DNA of 64,000 nucleotides from Paramoeba atlantica. Taxonomy: Eukaryota > Protista > Discosea. Positions within the stretch are counted from its first letter, which is position 1. Every line of letters starts with the position of its first letter. The stretch covers positions 868,001 to 932,000 of the forward strand of contig CDRNVI010000040.1 in the NCBI GenBank assembly GCA_977017575.1, given 5' to 3'. Under the pieces are notes generated by a model. The model was not told the DNA's origin. It saw only the letters and a program-made list of their open reading frames with translations, and searched no databases. Of the stretch, positions 1 to 10,914 are shown one piece after another. The translations under genes and the position numbers were made by a program.

Positions 1-198
1 AAGAAAAAATAGAAAAAATAGTCAAAAACGTTGGGAGAAAAGAGGAAACTGGCCAAAAAAGCATACCCCCCCAGTAAGAGAGATTTGGCCATTTCGACCC
101 AAAACCCATTCTCTTACTGGGGGGGTATAAGGTAGTACTTTTAACAAGGCATCTACCACAGCGACCTACAAATACAGTAGAAAAAGCATTTGACAGTA

Positions 199-966
199 CT
201 AAAATTGAACAAACCTATGAGCACCCAACAAGCTTATAAAATTTACCGGCATGATAAGTTGGTTTTTTGAGACATTAAGATGCACCAATGCCTCGGGTAA
301 GACTTTCACGGCTAAAGTCCCGCTGAACCGGTTTTCACTAATATCTAAGTACTCCAACGTCGCGGGGAGCACGTTCAAGTCCACACCCCCCTCAAACGCA
401 TTGTGCCTGAGGTCACAGTGCCGCAGAGCGGGGGGAAATGCGTCGAACGCCACAGAACCGCACAGGGCGTTGGTCTCCAGTGGGCCTGGTCCCGTGATCA
501 CGGCCCCGAGATCCAACCATGCCAGGGAGAGGGGGAGGGCCTCCCAGCGAAGGGGTCCGGTAAGGCCTAAGCCCCCCCAGTACAGGGAGAGGACCCGGCC
601 CTGGGCGTCACACTCCACGTGGGTCCAGTTCCCAATGGGGTTGTCGGCCCGCCACGTGGGCAGGGGATTCCCCAGATGGGAGATGAAGTCCGACAACAGG
701 TACTCCGGGGGGAGTGTGGTTGTGCTCACCTTGCCTCGGCGTACGACAGTGTCGTCGGTGCAGTGTAGCGGTAAGGGAAGGAACAGGTGTGTGATGTGCG
801 GCAGGGGAACGGGTAAGTTCATTGTTTGGGGAAGATGTGGAAAAGATACAGATTTTTCGGCAATGGAGGAGTGTAAAATGTTGGGAAGAAAATGTGTTGC
901 AAGGAACCAAGGTTTTTTAATGATGTTGCTAACAATAAAAGGATGATTCGCATTCTGACTCCTCAT
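199..966 (-). CDS. Short LRR protein (family member 1); real start probably near 819
   Basis: GKV..LP.EYLL cap, W..V.C motif, repeats of LP.xL..LDL..N.F.G; GC-rich core. Confidence 0.85.
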   Translation of the reverse strand: MRSQNANHPFIVSNIIKKPWFLATHFLPNILHSSIAEKSVSFPHLPQTMNLPVPLPHITHLFLPLPLHCTDDTVVRRGKVSTTTLPPEYLLSDFISHLGNPLPTWRADNPIGNWTHVECDAQGRVLSLYWGGLGLTGPLRWEALPLSLAWLDLGAVITGPGPLETNALCGSVAFDAFPPALRHCDLRHNAFEGGVDLNVLPATLEYLDISENRFSGTLAVKVLPEALVHLNVSKNQLIMPVNFISLLGAHRFVQF

Positions 967-1247
967 GCTTTATCAACTATTTGATCAATTTTGGTTCCTC
1001 TAATTAATATATCGACAAGCGCAAGCCTTGGAGGAAGCTTATACAGCCAAACTCTACCGCTAAGATCGGGATTGTGGCGAAGGTCAAGACATAAAAGATT
1101 TTGAGGAAGAGAATCAAAAGTTAATTCGCCATGGAAATTATTCTCATTTAAGAATAATGCCGACATCATCTTTGGAATTGCGCAGAAATCCAATGTCCCC
1201 GAAAACTTATTTCTCGTCACGCTGAAGTGCTCAAGCCCAGGTGGCAA
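963..1247 (-). pseudogene. LRR 3' half, 5' part removed at the hairpin-element junction
   Basis: LRR repeats (NKFSGTLDF..LP, NNFHGEL) start abruptly at the end of the repeat at ~1250. Confidence 0.8.
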
Positions 1248-1249
1248 CT

Positions 1250-2146
1250 AAAACTACCGCTCTACCCTCGATTATTGAAAAAAGTGAACAAAAACAGTGA
1301 AAATATAAAGAGGAACACAGTAATATAATAGAAGAAAAAAATATAAAAGGGGGCTCCGGTGGTCCAAAACTGAAAAAAAAATTTGAAAAAAATGGGGAGT
1401 CCATGGGGGGGGGGGGTCCAGGGGGGGGTCCAGGGGGGGGGTCATGGTCGAGCAAATTTTTTCGAAAAAATTAGTTTTCGAAAAAAAACCGCAGAAAGGG
1501 TAGCCGGGGTCTTGGCGCGCATTTTCCACCCCCCTACCCGGGGGTGACCCTCCTGCGTATCCGCAGGACGGGTCCGCCGAGTTCGTATTTTTTAGGAAAA
1601 AAAATTTGAAAAAAATTTGAACTGGGCGAAAAAAATGACAAAAAAAATATTTTTCCAAAGTCGTTTCCCCTATTGTATTTTGATAGTTTGGGACCTACAC
1701 TAGCTTTCTCCGCAGTTGTTTTCACAAGGTATCCCTTCTTCGAACCGTGGTGCGCCCCTAAAAATGACCCATTTTTGACTAAAAAAGGTGAAAAAGTATT
1801 TTTCGGACCTAAAGGGGCATTTTTGTGTCGAAAGAATGGTATGGTTGGAGTCGCATTCTCTACCCAATACGTTCGGTAGGCTTCCATCCATGCCTACGAG
1901 TGATTTCCCACGCGCAAATGTCGGATTTAGTGCTCTGAGGGCAAAAATACGCGAAAATCACCCCATTTTTACCCGAAATTCGGCTATTTTTGGCTATAAT
2001 CATTCCGTTTTCCAGGCTAAATTTTCTTTTTTAGGCTCTTCGTTAAACGCGGCGGTAGTTTTCAACGCGAAGCGCGCAGCATGAGTGACTTCTAAGTTGA
2101 AAACAACCACCGCGTTTAACGAAGAGCCTAAAAAAGAAAATTAGCC
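1250..2146 (-). mobile_element. Hairpin-ended non-coding repeat, subfamily 1 (copy H1)
   Basis: Near-identical to 53816-54700 and 55010-56003; long terminal inverted repeat at 2015-2146; G-tracts at 1405-1440. Confidence 0.85.
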
Positions 2147-2502
2147 AGTAGTTAATTTGGTAAACCACAAAGCGGTTTCATGGATGCGCGCACAGCGAGG
2201 TGGAAGAATGTGTACGTTTTGTGTACTCAGCGAGAGGTGGAGTGAAGGGGTGAAAAGGCGGCGACTTGGAGGGGCGGAAAGGGGTCAGATCTCGCATTTT
2301 CATTGGAGAGTATGCAGTAGGTCTAAGTTCGTGTTGGTCCGTGATGAGCTGTGTGATAATCCGTGTGGATTCGTGTAGAATTTTTTTTGGCATTCTTTGA
2401 GAGGGCTCAATGGCTCGGCCGCTAGAAGGAAGGTAAAGTAGACCGAATTAGTTAAACCACCCTTTATGTTCCTGATCTAAGGAGTAGTTTGGCCGCGTCC
2501 AT

Positions 2503-2742
2503 TGCGCTCGATTTCGAAAAGCAAAAAATTTGAAAAACATTTCTTGACGTATGCCCCCCCATGGACCCCCCCCACTAGACCCCCCAGTTTTTTCATTTTT
2601 TTTTCAGTTTTGGACCACCGGAGCCCCCTTTTATATTTTTTTCCTTTATTATATTACTGTGTTCCTCTTTATATTTTCACTGTTTTTGTTCACTTTTTTT
2701 CAATAATCGAGGGTAGAGCGGTAGTTATACAACCACCGCAAT
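2503..2742 (+). repeat. Hairpin family, terminal module only (copy H2)
   Basis: GCGCTCGATTT...GGACCACCGGAGCCCC...CAACCACCGCAAT end shared with other copies. Confidence 0.8.
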
Positions 2743-2899
2743 AACAAGTGTATTTGCGAATAATGAGTGTATTGCGAATAATAAAAAAATGTGAATAATA
2801 TCCGTACAGTTGGTTTACTTGTAACGTACATGCATGCATTCTTGTGTAGTCCCGTCACATCATATTTTGATGTTGTTATACTTTTATGTCATTTCTCAA

Positions 2900-3300
2900 A
2901 AACGTTTACGTTGTTACAGATCAATAAGGCTTGTCGTGAACTAACCGGGTACTCGCACGAAGTGGTTGAAGTACTGTCACATCGTTTACATTGTGACTTC
3001 CTCAGCGTTTGTGCCTTGGCGAAGGACCACCTTAACCTCACGCATGCACAGGCCTCTGTTGTTCTATCTCCATAAAAAGTATGGAGGTATGTGAGGTGAG
3101 TATTTGTCCCCCACGTGGGTGTGGAAAAAGAATGTTCTTCCTGTCTTAAAGGCTTCTGATTGGGCTGGAAACTTTGCAAAAACGGAAAGACGTTATACCG
3201 TGCGAGAACCAAATTTTATATTGTGCGCTAGCATAGATGGTCTTTTCCGAAGTGCGATGTCGGGTGAGGTACCGTTTACATCATTTTCCTTATCATGAAC
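2900..3300 (+). pseudogene. Possible degenerate Harbinger/ISL2EU-like transposase 5' fragment
   Basis: Broken frames giving ELTGYS... and ...LCASIDG, resembling an HTH plus first catalytic D; weak. Confidence 0.25.
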
Positions 3301-3980
3301 GCTGCAAAACATGACCATATGGAACAAAAAAAATCAAAAGTCACACGAAAAAACCGAAATTAATTCATTGTTAACAATAATCGAATGTTAATAATAAATG
3401 AATTTATCGATTGTTAACAAAAAATGAATGTTAACAATAAACGAGCCCCCCTCTGTAATGATAATTTCATATGATTTGAACATTTCTTAATTTTAAGCCT
3501 ATGTAGAACTCTATTACTCTAATCTCGATCCCCTACGTGGACCACGAACTAGTCTCCGTACTCGCTCCCTACACACTTTCTGCACCCCCGGCATCCCCCA
3601 CTTGGACCCGACTTCCGCCCCATGGAACCCCCGCCCGGATCCTCCAGCGAACTCCATAGCCGAAAAAACGCCAAGTACCTTTGCCATTGGTTTCTCTTGG
3701 GACCTGACTGGGTTTGCCTGGGTTTGTATTTTACTGGGTTCTTGAATGTCAAATCTGCAACCCCCCTATAGTTTGAAAGGAAATTTTAGGGTAAGATGAG
3801 CATGAAAAAAGGATTCAGAACCGTCAGCATCCTGCCGTTCAGCTCTCTTTCTCTCTCAACCACCATATACCACGAACCTAGAATTTCTAGGCTTATGCAA
3901 AAGTGATATGAATTTCTAGGCTTGAAACACAATATTCATAATCCTTCTCACTATTCTCCCCAACCCCCTATCTACCCCCC

Positions 3981-4140
3981 TTTCTGTACCTTGTTGTACT
4001 TTTTTTCCTAGCTCATCTTTTCTCTCCCGGAAACGGGCATATTTTTACAATGTCAATGCCCGTTTCCGGATGGCGCTAGGAGAGGAACTGTCCCTCTTGT
4101 CGCAAAGCAGGGGTGCGCCTCCCTTCCCTCATCTCCCACC
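3981..4140 (+). mobile_element. SL relic (TTTCTGTACCTTGTTG, 3981-3996) heading a repeat homologous to 11300-11459(-)
   Basis: Match to the conserved kinetoplastid SL 3' half; downstream TCATC..CCGG.AACGGGCATA...ACTGTCCCTCTT...AAGCAGGGG shared with the second copy. Confidence 0.7.
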
Positions 4141-4711
4141 ACCCTGCTCGGAACACGGTGACGAGTCCCCATGCGCTGCAGGACCCTACTACGGGACCAC
4201 GCGGCGTGCCTTCACTATCCGGCGACACCGGTACTGCGCGTAGGAGGCTTCCATATACCGGAAGTCTCCCACACGGCGAGCAAACACGTTGTATGCGTGT
4301 TCTAGAGGATGTTCTATGCACCTCTCTTGCTCACCAGCCGTGGCGGATTCTGTGGGACCCCGATGCCCATGATGCATCATGAACCATGACTCCATTTGCC
4401 AGCATGCATCCATGGCCCTGACCATGTTGTATCATGAACCATGGAAGTCATTTGTAGCATGTACGATGGGAATATCACCCGCGTCCCACAAATTCGTATA
4501 TCTTTCCTGGCGCACTGCGCTTACAAAACATCTCGGGACATCATATCCCGATGAGGCCGTTTCTTTTCGCTTTCCTGGGGAGGATATCCCGCGCTTTTCC
4601 CTGTGTTGCCTCGGAAGGCGAAAAGGTCCAGCAGGGAACGTTGATTGCGCTTACCCCTGCTCGACCTAATTATCTCTACAGGTACTGCCCTGTATGAACA
4701 AACAATCCCCC

Positions 4712-5518
4712 CTAAAAAGGTGTCCCCAACACCCCAGGATCCACATAATACCCCCCCGCCACCACCTCCCCCCTCGGGGCCGTCACCAGCCACGTCGGGG
4801 TCCAGGCCCCTTGCGAGGCCGTACGCGGGGCCTGGTCCCATCCCCCCATATCGGTGGCACACCACCCGGGGTGGCAGCACGTCACCCCCACCGTGTCCCA
4901 CCCCGGGGAGCGCGACAGCAGCCGTGTCGCGACCCCCACCCCCGCCTTACTCACCCCGTAGGGCGTGCCGTGCCAGCCCTCCTCGGGGCGGCAGCGGTAC
5001 GCAGCCATCACGCCGTTGAGGGTCTCGAGCGTGAGGTTGGGGTCCCGGAGAGTCTCCAGGGTGGAGGGGGTGGGGGCACTGTGGAGATACTCCCCGAGGA
5101 GACTGGAGAGGTTAACGACCCGAGCGGTACCGTCTCGGGGGAGGAGGGGGAAGAAGTACTGACAGACCAGGAGAGTGCCAAAGTAGTTCGTGGTGACACA
5201 CGACTGGGCTTGGTCGGGGATGGGGTCCGTTTTGTTCCACACCCCTGCGTTGTTGACTAACGCTGTGATACCCTCCGGATGGGAGGATTTTACTTTTTGT
5301 GCGGCGGTTGCAATGGAGGTTTCGTTGCTAACGTCCATCTCAATAAATTCAACCGTGAGGTTCGGAAATTCTTTTTGTATTTTCTGTACGGCTACAAGCC
5401 CACGTGTGAGGTTGCGGCAAGCTAGGATGAGATTGTAGCCATGTTCTGCAAGATTGCTTGCAACAAAAAATCCAATACCCTTGTTGGCACCGGTTACAAG
5501 AGCCGATCGTCTATTCAT
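4712..5518 (-). CDS. Carbonyl reductase (CBR1-like) short-chain dehydrogenase
   Basis: TGANKGIG, NNAG, YGVSK (YxxxK) and CHPGWCATDMGG motifs; start taken at MNRRS. Confidence 0.92.
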   Translation of the reverse strand: MNRRSALVTGANKGIGFFVASNLAEHGYNLILACRNLTRGLVAVQKIQKEFPNLTVEFIEMDVSNETSIATAAQKVKSSHPEGITALVNNAGVWNKTDPIPDQAQSCVTTNYFGTLLVCQYFFPLLPRDGTARVVNLSSLLGEYLHSAPTPSTLETLRDPNLTLETLNGVMAAYRCRPEEGWHGTPYGVSKAGVGVATRLLSRSPGWDTVGVTCCHPGWCATDMGGWDQAPRTASQGAWTPTWLVTAPRGEVVAGGYYVDPGVLGTPF

Positions 5519-5540
5519 ATTTTGAACTTTAGAAAGAAAA

Positions 5541-6238
5541 ATGAACAATCAGTATCGAAAAAATGAATCGGTGCCAAAAGACGTAAAAAAATATTTTGGG
5601 GGAAAAGGGGTCCATATTTGGATGGCGGTAAGTCTTGAATGGGGGGTACCCAGAATCCATTGTTTTCATGAGTTTGCCGAAAATGAAACGGTTACGAACG
5701 CACTTCCTTTCTGCGATGACAAAACGAAATGGATTCTTTAACTGGGTTAAAAGAAAACCGTCGGCTACTGTAATTATAGACAATGCCCCCGGCCATGGGC
5801 ATGCCCGCCGAGTCGGACGTGACATGGGAATTGAAATCCCCGACTGGCCGGCCAAGTCACCAGATCTAAATCTTATTGAAAATTTATGGAGCATGATGGA
5901 TCATATTAAGTTTCATCTTCGACCCACTAATCGTACGGAATTACAAGTATCGATACGTAAAGCTTTAGATTATCTTTTAAAGGATATGAAGGCAGCGTAT
6001 GAAAACACTTTGAAAAGTTTTCCGTCCCGAATTAGGCTTCTTAGAGAAAAAAATGGAGGTTCAATACTAAAATAGTTCGCCCAAAAAAATCTGCAAATTC
6101 TTGAAAATCTCAATTTTGTCATGTCCAGAATTCTTCATACATAATACGTATATAATTTTTAAAATGGGTTTCTATACCGCAAAACAGCTTAGAATTTCGA
6201 GATCTGTTGAATGCCGAAGGAATTAGGTCAAAAGCTTA
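5541..6238 (+). mobile_element. Tc1/IS630-like 3' fragment, DD32E, with truncated TIR
   Basis: IIDNAPGH...WPAKSPDLNLIENLW; CGAGATCTG..GAATGCCGAAGGAATTAGGTCAAAAGCT shared with the TIR of MITE 17150-17940. Confidence 0.85.
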
Positions 6239-6300
6239 CACGACACAAATTTTAGACCCCCCCGCGGAAATTGGTGACCCCCATGTATAGGGGGGCAGGA

Positions 6301-6480
6301 AACCCAGGCTAAAGTGGACGAGGGAGATACTAAAGGCACCTTTGGAAAACCACCTCAAAAATGGAACGGTATCTCCCGTTAAAGACCCTTTAGTATCTCT
6401 CTCGTGCACTTTAGCCTGGGTTACATAGCCATCGGAACATGCTCCATAGGACCTCTTACAGGTTCCCACGCGAGGAAGTC
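6301..6480. repeat. Hairpin repeat AACCCAGGCTAAAGTG...TTTAGCCTGGGTT plus shared tail; second copy ~34737-35010
   Basis: Inverted arms; tail ACATAGCCATCGGAACAT...CCCACGCGAGGAAGTCG present in both copies. Confidence 0.7.
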
Positions 6481-7064
6481 GTCGTCGCCGTGGCAAAAAG
6501 ACAGAAGGCTCCGCCTTCTGCCTTTTGCCTTGCGCCTCCTCCTTCCTCTACAGCCTTGCGTGTCACACACTTCCATGTAAATTTTGGACTTTGTAGGTGT
6601 ATTACCGGAACAGGGTGAATAAATATTGAATTTTTAGGAAAAAACTTCATTTTCAAACTTTTTTGCCTGGGTGAAAAGAAAGGTGCTAGTCTTGTAAGGC
6701 GTTTCCTACACTTGAATAATCCATGCTTACGCCAGCAGATGTTCAATGCTGGATTTCGTTTGTGTGGAGTACCGCGCCCTTTATGCACTGTGTAGTAAGA
6801 AGGGAATGTTAAGTAGCTACAGGAATGCTACATAGCTACAGGAATGTTAATATACTTTTGAAGATTGTCTTGGGTTTACAGTACGATTAGTCGACGGGTG
6901 AAAGAAAACGCTTTTTTTATAACTTTTCAACTTGACACTTTTCTCTTCTAAAAATATAAACCACTGTCCCGGTTAATATTAAAATATATAAGAAAAAACG
7001 AAAATGTGGCCTAATTGCAGAATTTTTCACTTTAGAAACTCAAGATTTACACGCATACACAAAG

Positions 7065-7787
7065 CTACGCAAGAATTATGGAAAGAGATACAATTACCCC
7101 AACGGCAAGTAAGGCCATATGATGTATTGGTTCATTCGATTCATCCGCAACAACTACTCTACATGAAATATGTTCTGGAAAGGGAATAAGGTTATTACGA
7201 GATAAATCCAAATAAACAAGAGTTTCAGGCAGTTCGCGAATGTCAACATACCCTTCCAACATGTTTCTGGCTACGTTAATTTGCTGGATTCGATGTGGGA
7301 GAGAAGAAACGTCCAGCGTTCCATGAAAAAGATTTTTTTGCAATTGGAGATAAACAAGATTATGGGGAAGTGCAGTGAAGTCTAGCGTTCCTGAAAAACG
7401 GTTCCGCTGTAGATGCACGTGCGACAACCCAGAGGGTAAGGCATACAGGGGTACGGGACCATGGAGCATGTTGTTGTTCAGAGAAAGAAATTCTAGCGTT
7501 TGAGGGAGATGTTCCCAGGAGAGGTTTCCCTTTAGCTTTTGACTCCCCCATTCTAAAGCTACGACGTGCTTCCCTTTACATCGAACACTGTTCCATAACT
7601 GCGGTATATTCTCTGATCTCCAGGTAGGAGACTTGGGATGGACGTGTTCCACAAACCTACTCAAAACAACTTCCGGGGGAAAGATGGAAAGACGCGACTT
7701 TCCCAGGCGAACACTGGAATTATCGTCCATTTCCTCACAGGGAACTGATAGGAGTAGCCGTCTCATAAAACAAGAGAAAAAGAGCAA
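7065..7787 (-). CDS. Short LRR protein with C-terminal hydrophobic segment
   Basis: W..V.C cap, LRR repeats, ends MALLAVGVIVSLSIILA. Confidence 0.85.
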   Translation of the reverse strand: MLFFSCFMRRLLLSVPCEEMDDNSSVRLGKSRLSIFPPEVVLSRFVEHVHPKSPTWRSENIPQLWNSVRCKGKHVVALEWGSQKLKGNLSWEHLPQTLEFLSLNNNMLHGPVPLYALPSGLSHVHLQRNRFSGTLDFTALPHNLVYLQLQKNLFHGTLDVSSLPHRIQQINVARNMLEGYVDIRELPETLVYLDLSRNNLIPFPEHISCRVVVADESNEPIHHMALLAVGVIVSLSIILA

Positions 7788-8290
7788 CAGCTTATTGGAG
7801 CAATAGTTGAAAATATCATCTAAAATTTAAATGTATTTTAAATGGCTCTCTTTGATGTAGCTTTTCACAAAAAGTATCAAAGAAACATTCGTTTTTCAAT
7901 ACATTTTATCACATTTACAGGCCTTTATTATCCAAAGTTCGTTCCTTGTGAAAGGACGAACTACGGCGCACCGCATCTATCTGCTTGGATTTCGTATCGA
8001 CGACCATTTCGTATCATCGCTTAAATTATGCGACTAAAAAAATTCTCGGAGTTAATCTTGTGATCTCAACGCGTTGAATGAAAAAACATTCTTTTATCTC
8101 TCATAGTCCAAGCTTCAGTTCTGTTTAGCATGGCAAAATTCTTCTCAACACCACGTATTCCACGTTCACTATAATCTGGTGTTCTCATTCTTGAACCTTA
8201 GTACGTAAAAAAAATATGCCCATTCTTAAAATGCCCATTCTTCAAAATTATACCTATTCTTACGGGCATCGTGATACAACCTTGGCACCC

Positions 8291-9518
8291 GCACACTGAT
8301 AACGCATAAAACTCGCACTGATATTGCATAATGCACACTGATAATGCATATAGGCACACTGATAATGCATATTAGCACACTGATAATGCATATAGGCACA
8401 CTGATAATGCATATAGGCACACTGATAATGCATAAAACTCGCACACTGATAATGCATAGTAACTCGCACACTGATAATGCATAATGCACACTGATAATGC
8501 ATAATGCACACTGATAATGCATAATGCACACTGATAATGCATAATGCATACTGATAACGCATAATGCACACTGATAATGCATGAAGCCTATATTAACACA
8601 AAGACTGTTTTTTTTTGATAATTTTTGTTGCGTTTTAGTATGAGTGAACCACGAAGTTAACGCATAGATTCAGAGGACCGCACCATGATTGAGGTGCTTT
8701 ACAATCAACAGAATTTCACCCAAGTTCAAATTGCCGCGAAATTTTGTCTTGCACACGGGTAAACAAGGTCTTGGCTTTATTAACGGTGGGGTATGGTGGA
8801 ATTGTTGGGCTTCGCAAATGGGTAAACAAGATCTAGGTTCATTGGCCCGGCCGGACCCTCCGTGCGCTCGGCCTCTCATTTCCCCCAAAACAACAACCAC
8901 CTTCCCCCCATTTATCAGGGGTCGCTCGCGCGACCCCCGCTAAATAGGGGGGAAAGGTGGTAGTTGTGGGGTATGGAGGCCTCTCGCAACTCCGGGGCCT
9001 CACCGGGAACAAAGGTGAAATTATTAGCCGGACGGGTAAACAAGGTCTTGGCTTTATTCCGAGTTGGGTGTGGTGGAATTGTTGGGCTTCGCATATTGCT
9101 TCCCACTAACGTCAGACGTTTTTATCTTGCAGACGGGTAAACAAGGTCTTGGCTTATTACGGGTTGGGTATGGTGGAATTGTTGGGCTTCGCAAATAACT
9201 TCCCACTAACGTCAGACGTTGTTATCTTGCAGACGGGTAAACAAGGTCTTGGCTTCCGCCTTTTTTTCTAGAATTTTTTTTCAAGGGCCTTTCTCCAATT
9301 TTTTTGAAGGGCTCAATTTTTTTTTGAAGGGCTCATTTTTTTTCGAAGGGCTTGCTCAAAATATGCATTATCAGTGTGCGAGTTTTATGCATTATCAGTG
9401 TGCGAGTTTTTATGCATTATCAGTGTGCCTATATGCATTATCAGTGTGCTAATATGCATTATCAGTGTGCCAATATGCATTATCAGTGTGCGAGTTTTAT
9501 GCATTATCAGTGTGCGAG
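8291..9518. mobile_element. Foldback-type element with arms built from tandem GCACACTGATAATGCATA units
   Basis: Array at 8291-8582 and its reverse complement at 9363-9518; internal ~65-bp repeats at 8756, 9031, 9133 and partial 9234. Confidence 0.75.
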
Positions 9519-9587
9519 TGGCCTTCCCCATAATAATGCCACTTGCGATGTCCGATATAGGAACAAAAAATTCCTTATATTCTATGA

Positions 9588-10436
9588 TTATACACCTCTG
9601 TTGAATATCCCTGTTCCTTCTACCCTTAAATAGCTCAATCCCTTAGGCAGAGATGATTTTTGCACCTCACCGTAAAGTTCAGCGTTGTCGTTCAGCCATA
9701 ATGAATTTAATCTTGAAGGAAGAGAATTAAAACGTACCAAACCTGAGAACTCATTGCCGCTACAGTATAGCGCTCCCAAAGAAGACGCCAAGTGCTCCAG
9801 ATCAAGAGGGCCTGTGAATCGGTTGGCACTTAAATCAAGAACTGTAAGACGGGGTGGTAATTGGCTCAGATTCACGGTTCCTGAAAAAAAGTTGATGTTA
9901 AGCATTAAAGAAGCCAAATTGGGGGAAAGCTGCGTCAAGTCAACGCCTCCTTCGAATTTATTCGAGGGGAGTACGAGGCGCACTACGGAAGGAGGTAGAT
10001 TTGTCAAATCTACACGACCATCAAACGCGTTGTACCCTAAGTCGAAGTTCGAAAGCGAAGATGATAATACACCTAACGGTACATTTCCTGTAAATTTATT
10101 TTTTGCAACCTTAAATTCGATCACGGTTCGTGGTAACCAATCCCACCGCAGAGATCCATAATACTTGGTGGATAGCCACTTTAGGGGATCACTCGCCCAC
10201 ATAATATTCGCCACGAGTAAGTTATCGCCACACTTCACTCCTTTCCACTTACACGCGGGAGTCGACACGACCCAAGTAGGGTCCGGATTGCCAACTCCTT
10301 CGACGAATTTCACCAATTCATACTCCTGAGGCACATTCACGGCCCGCACTTTACCTAGGCGGCTCTGCGGCGCCTTTACGGGCATCTCATCGGCTGCGCG
10401 GTATAATGGAGTCATTCCTGTATAATATTTCGGCAA
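9588..10436 (-). CDS. Short LRR protein
   Basis: GKVRAVNVPQEYEL cap, CKWKGVKC, about 6 LRR units. Confidence 0.88.
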   Translation of the reverse strand: MPKYYTGMTPLYRAADEMPVKAPQSRLGKVRAVNVPQEYELVKFVEGVGNPDPTWVVSTPACKWKGVKCGDNLLVANIMWASDPLKWLSTKYYGSLRWDWLPRTVIEFKVAKNKFTGNVPLGVLSSSLSNFDLGYNAFDGRVDLTNLPPSVVRLVLPSNKFEGGVDLTQLSPNLASLMLNINFFSGTVNLSQLPPRLTVLDLSANRFTGPLDLEHLASSLGALYCSGNEFSGLVRFNSLPSRLNSLWLNDNAELYGEVQKSSLPKGLSYLRVEGTGIFNRGV

Positions 10437-10650
10437 CCAAAAACAGACAAAAGCTATTTAGGCGCAGCAATCGAAAGAATACAATATTAAAATATGCTTT
10501 CACCACCAATTTATACTCCAGAAAGGAACACCCATTTGAAGTAGCTTTTGCCCTTAATAATTCCACATAAAAAACCTTGTTTTGCTTAGAGAACATTTTT
10601 TTGTGACATTGAACCGAAAATTTAAAACTTATTGATTAGATGTATGTAGT

Positions 10651-10914
10651 TTATTGAGTATACCGCGGAACTACCGCCGTATTATCGTATTGCACACCAA
10701 ACAATAAAGAAATAGGAAGATGCTCATAGTCCAGCTCTCCTTTTAAGTCAACGTTATTTCCCAAAGTTAATGACTCGATATGTGCCGGTAAACGTTTTAA
10801 ATCAACCTCACCGCCAAATTGATTATTGTGTAGGTGAAGCTGTCGCAGAGCGGAAGGAAGATTGCTCAAACTAAGTGATCCTGAAAATTCGATATTGTGG
10901 AGCTGTTTTTTCAT
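10651..10914 (-). pseudogene. LRR 3' fragment truncated by the adjacent element
   Basis: FSGSLSLSNLPSALRQLHLHNNQFGG repeats with no N-terminal cap. Confidence 0.75.

Noticed and set aside
1788-2084. Recurring 98-aa ORF (MKKYFSDLKG...) in four hairpin-element copies
   Set aside because: It starts at GTG, has no recognisable domain, and overlapping ORFs of similar size exist in other frames; its conservation simply reflects copy identity.
2040-2130. Hammerhead or HDV ribozyme in the big hairpin
   Set aside because: I found no CUGAUGA/GAAA core or HDV pseudoknot by eye; a computational search could still be run.
4025-4070. Rho-independent terminator-like hairpin CCGGAAACGGGCAT...ATGCCCGTTTCCGG
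   Set aside because: The context is eukaryotic, there is no U-tract, and the perfect stem is not preserved in the homologous 11400 copy.
8291-9518. CRISPR-like repeat array
   Set aside because: Linkers are only 2-7 nt and reused, the array is mirrored, the context is eukaryotic and no cas gene is present.
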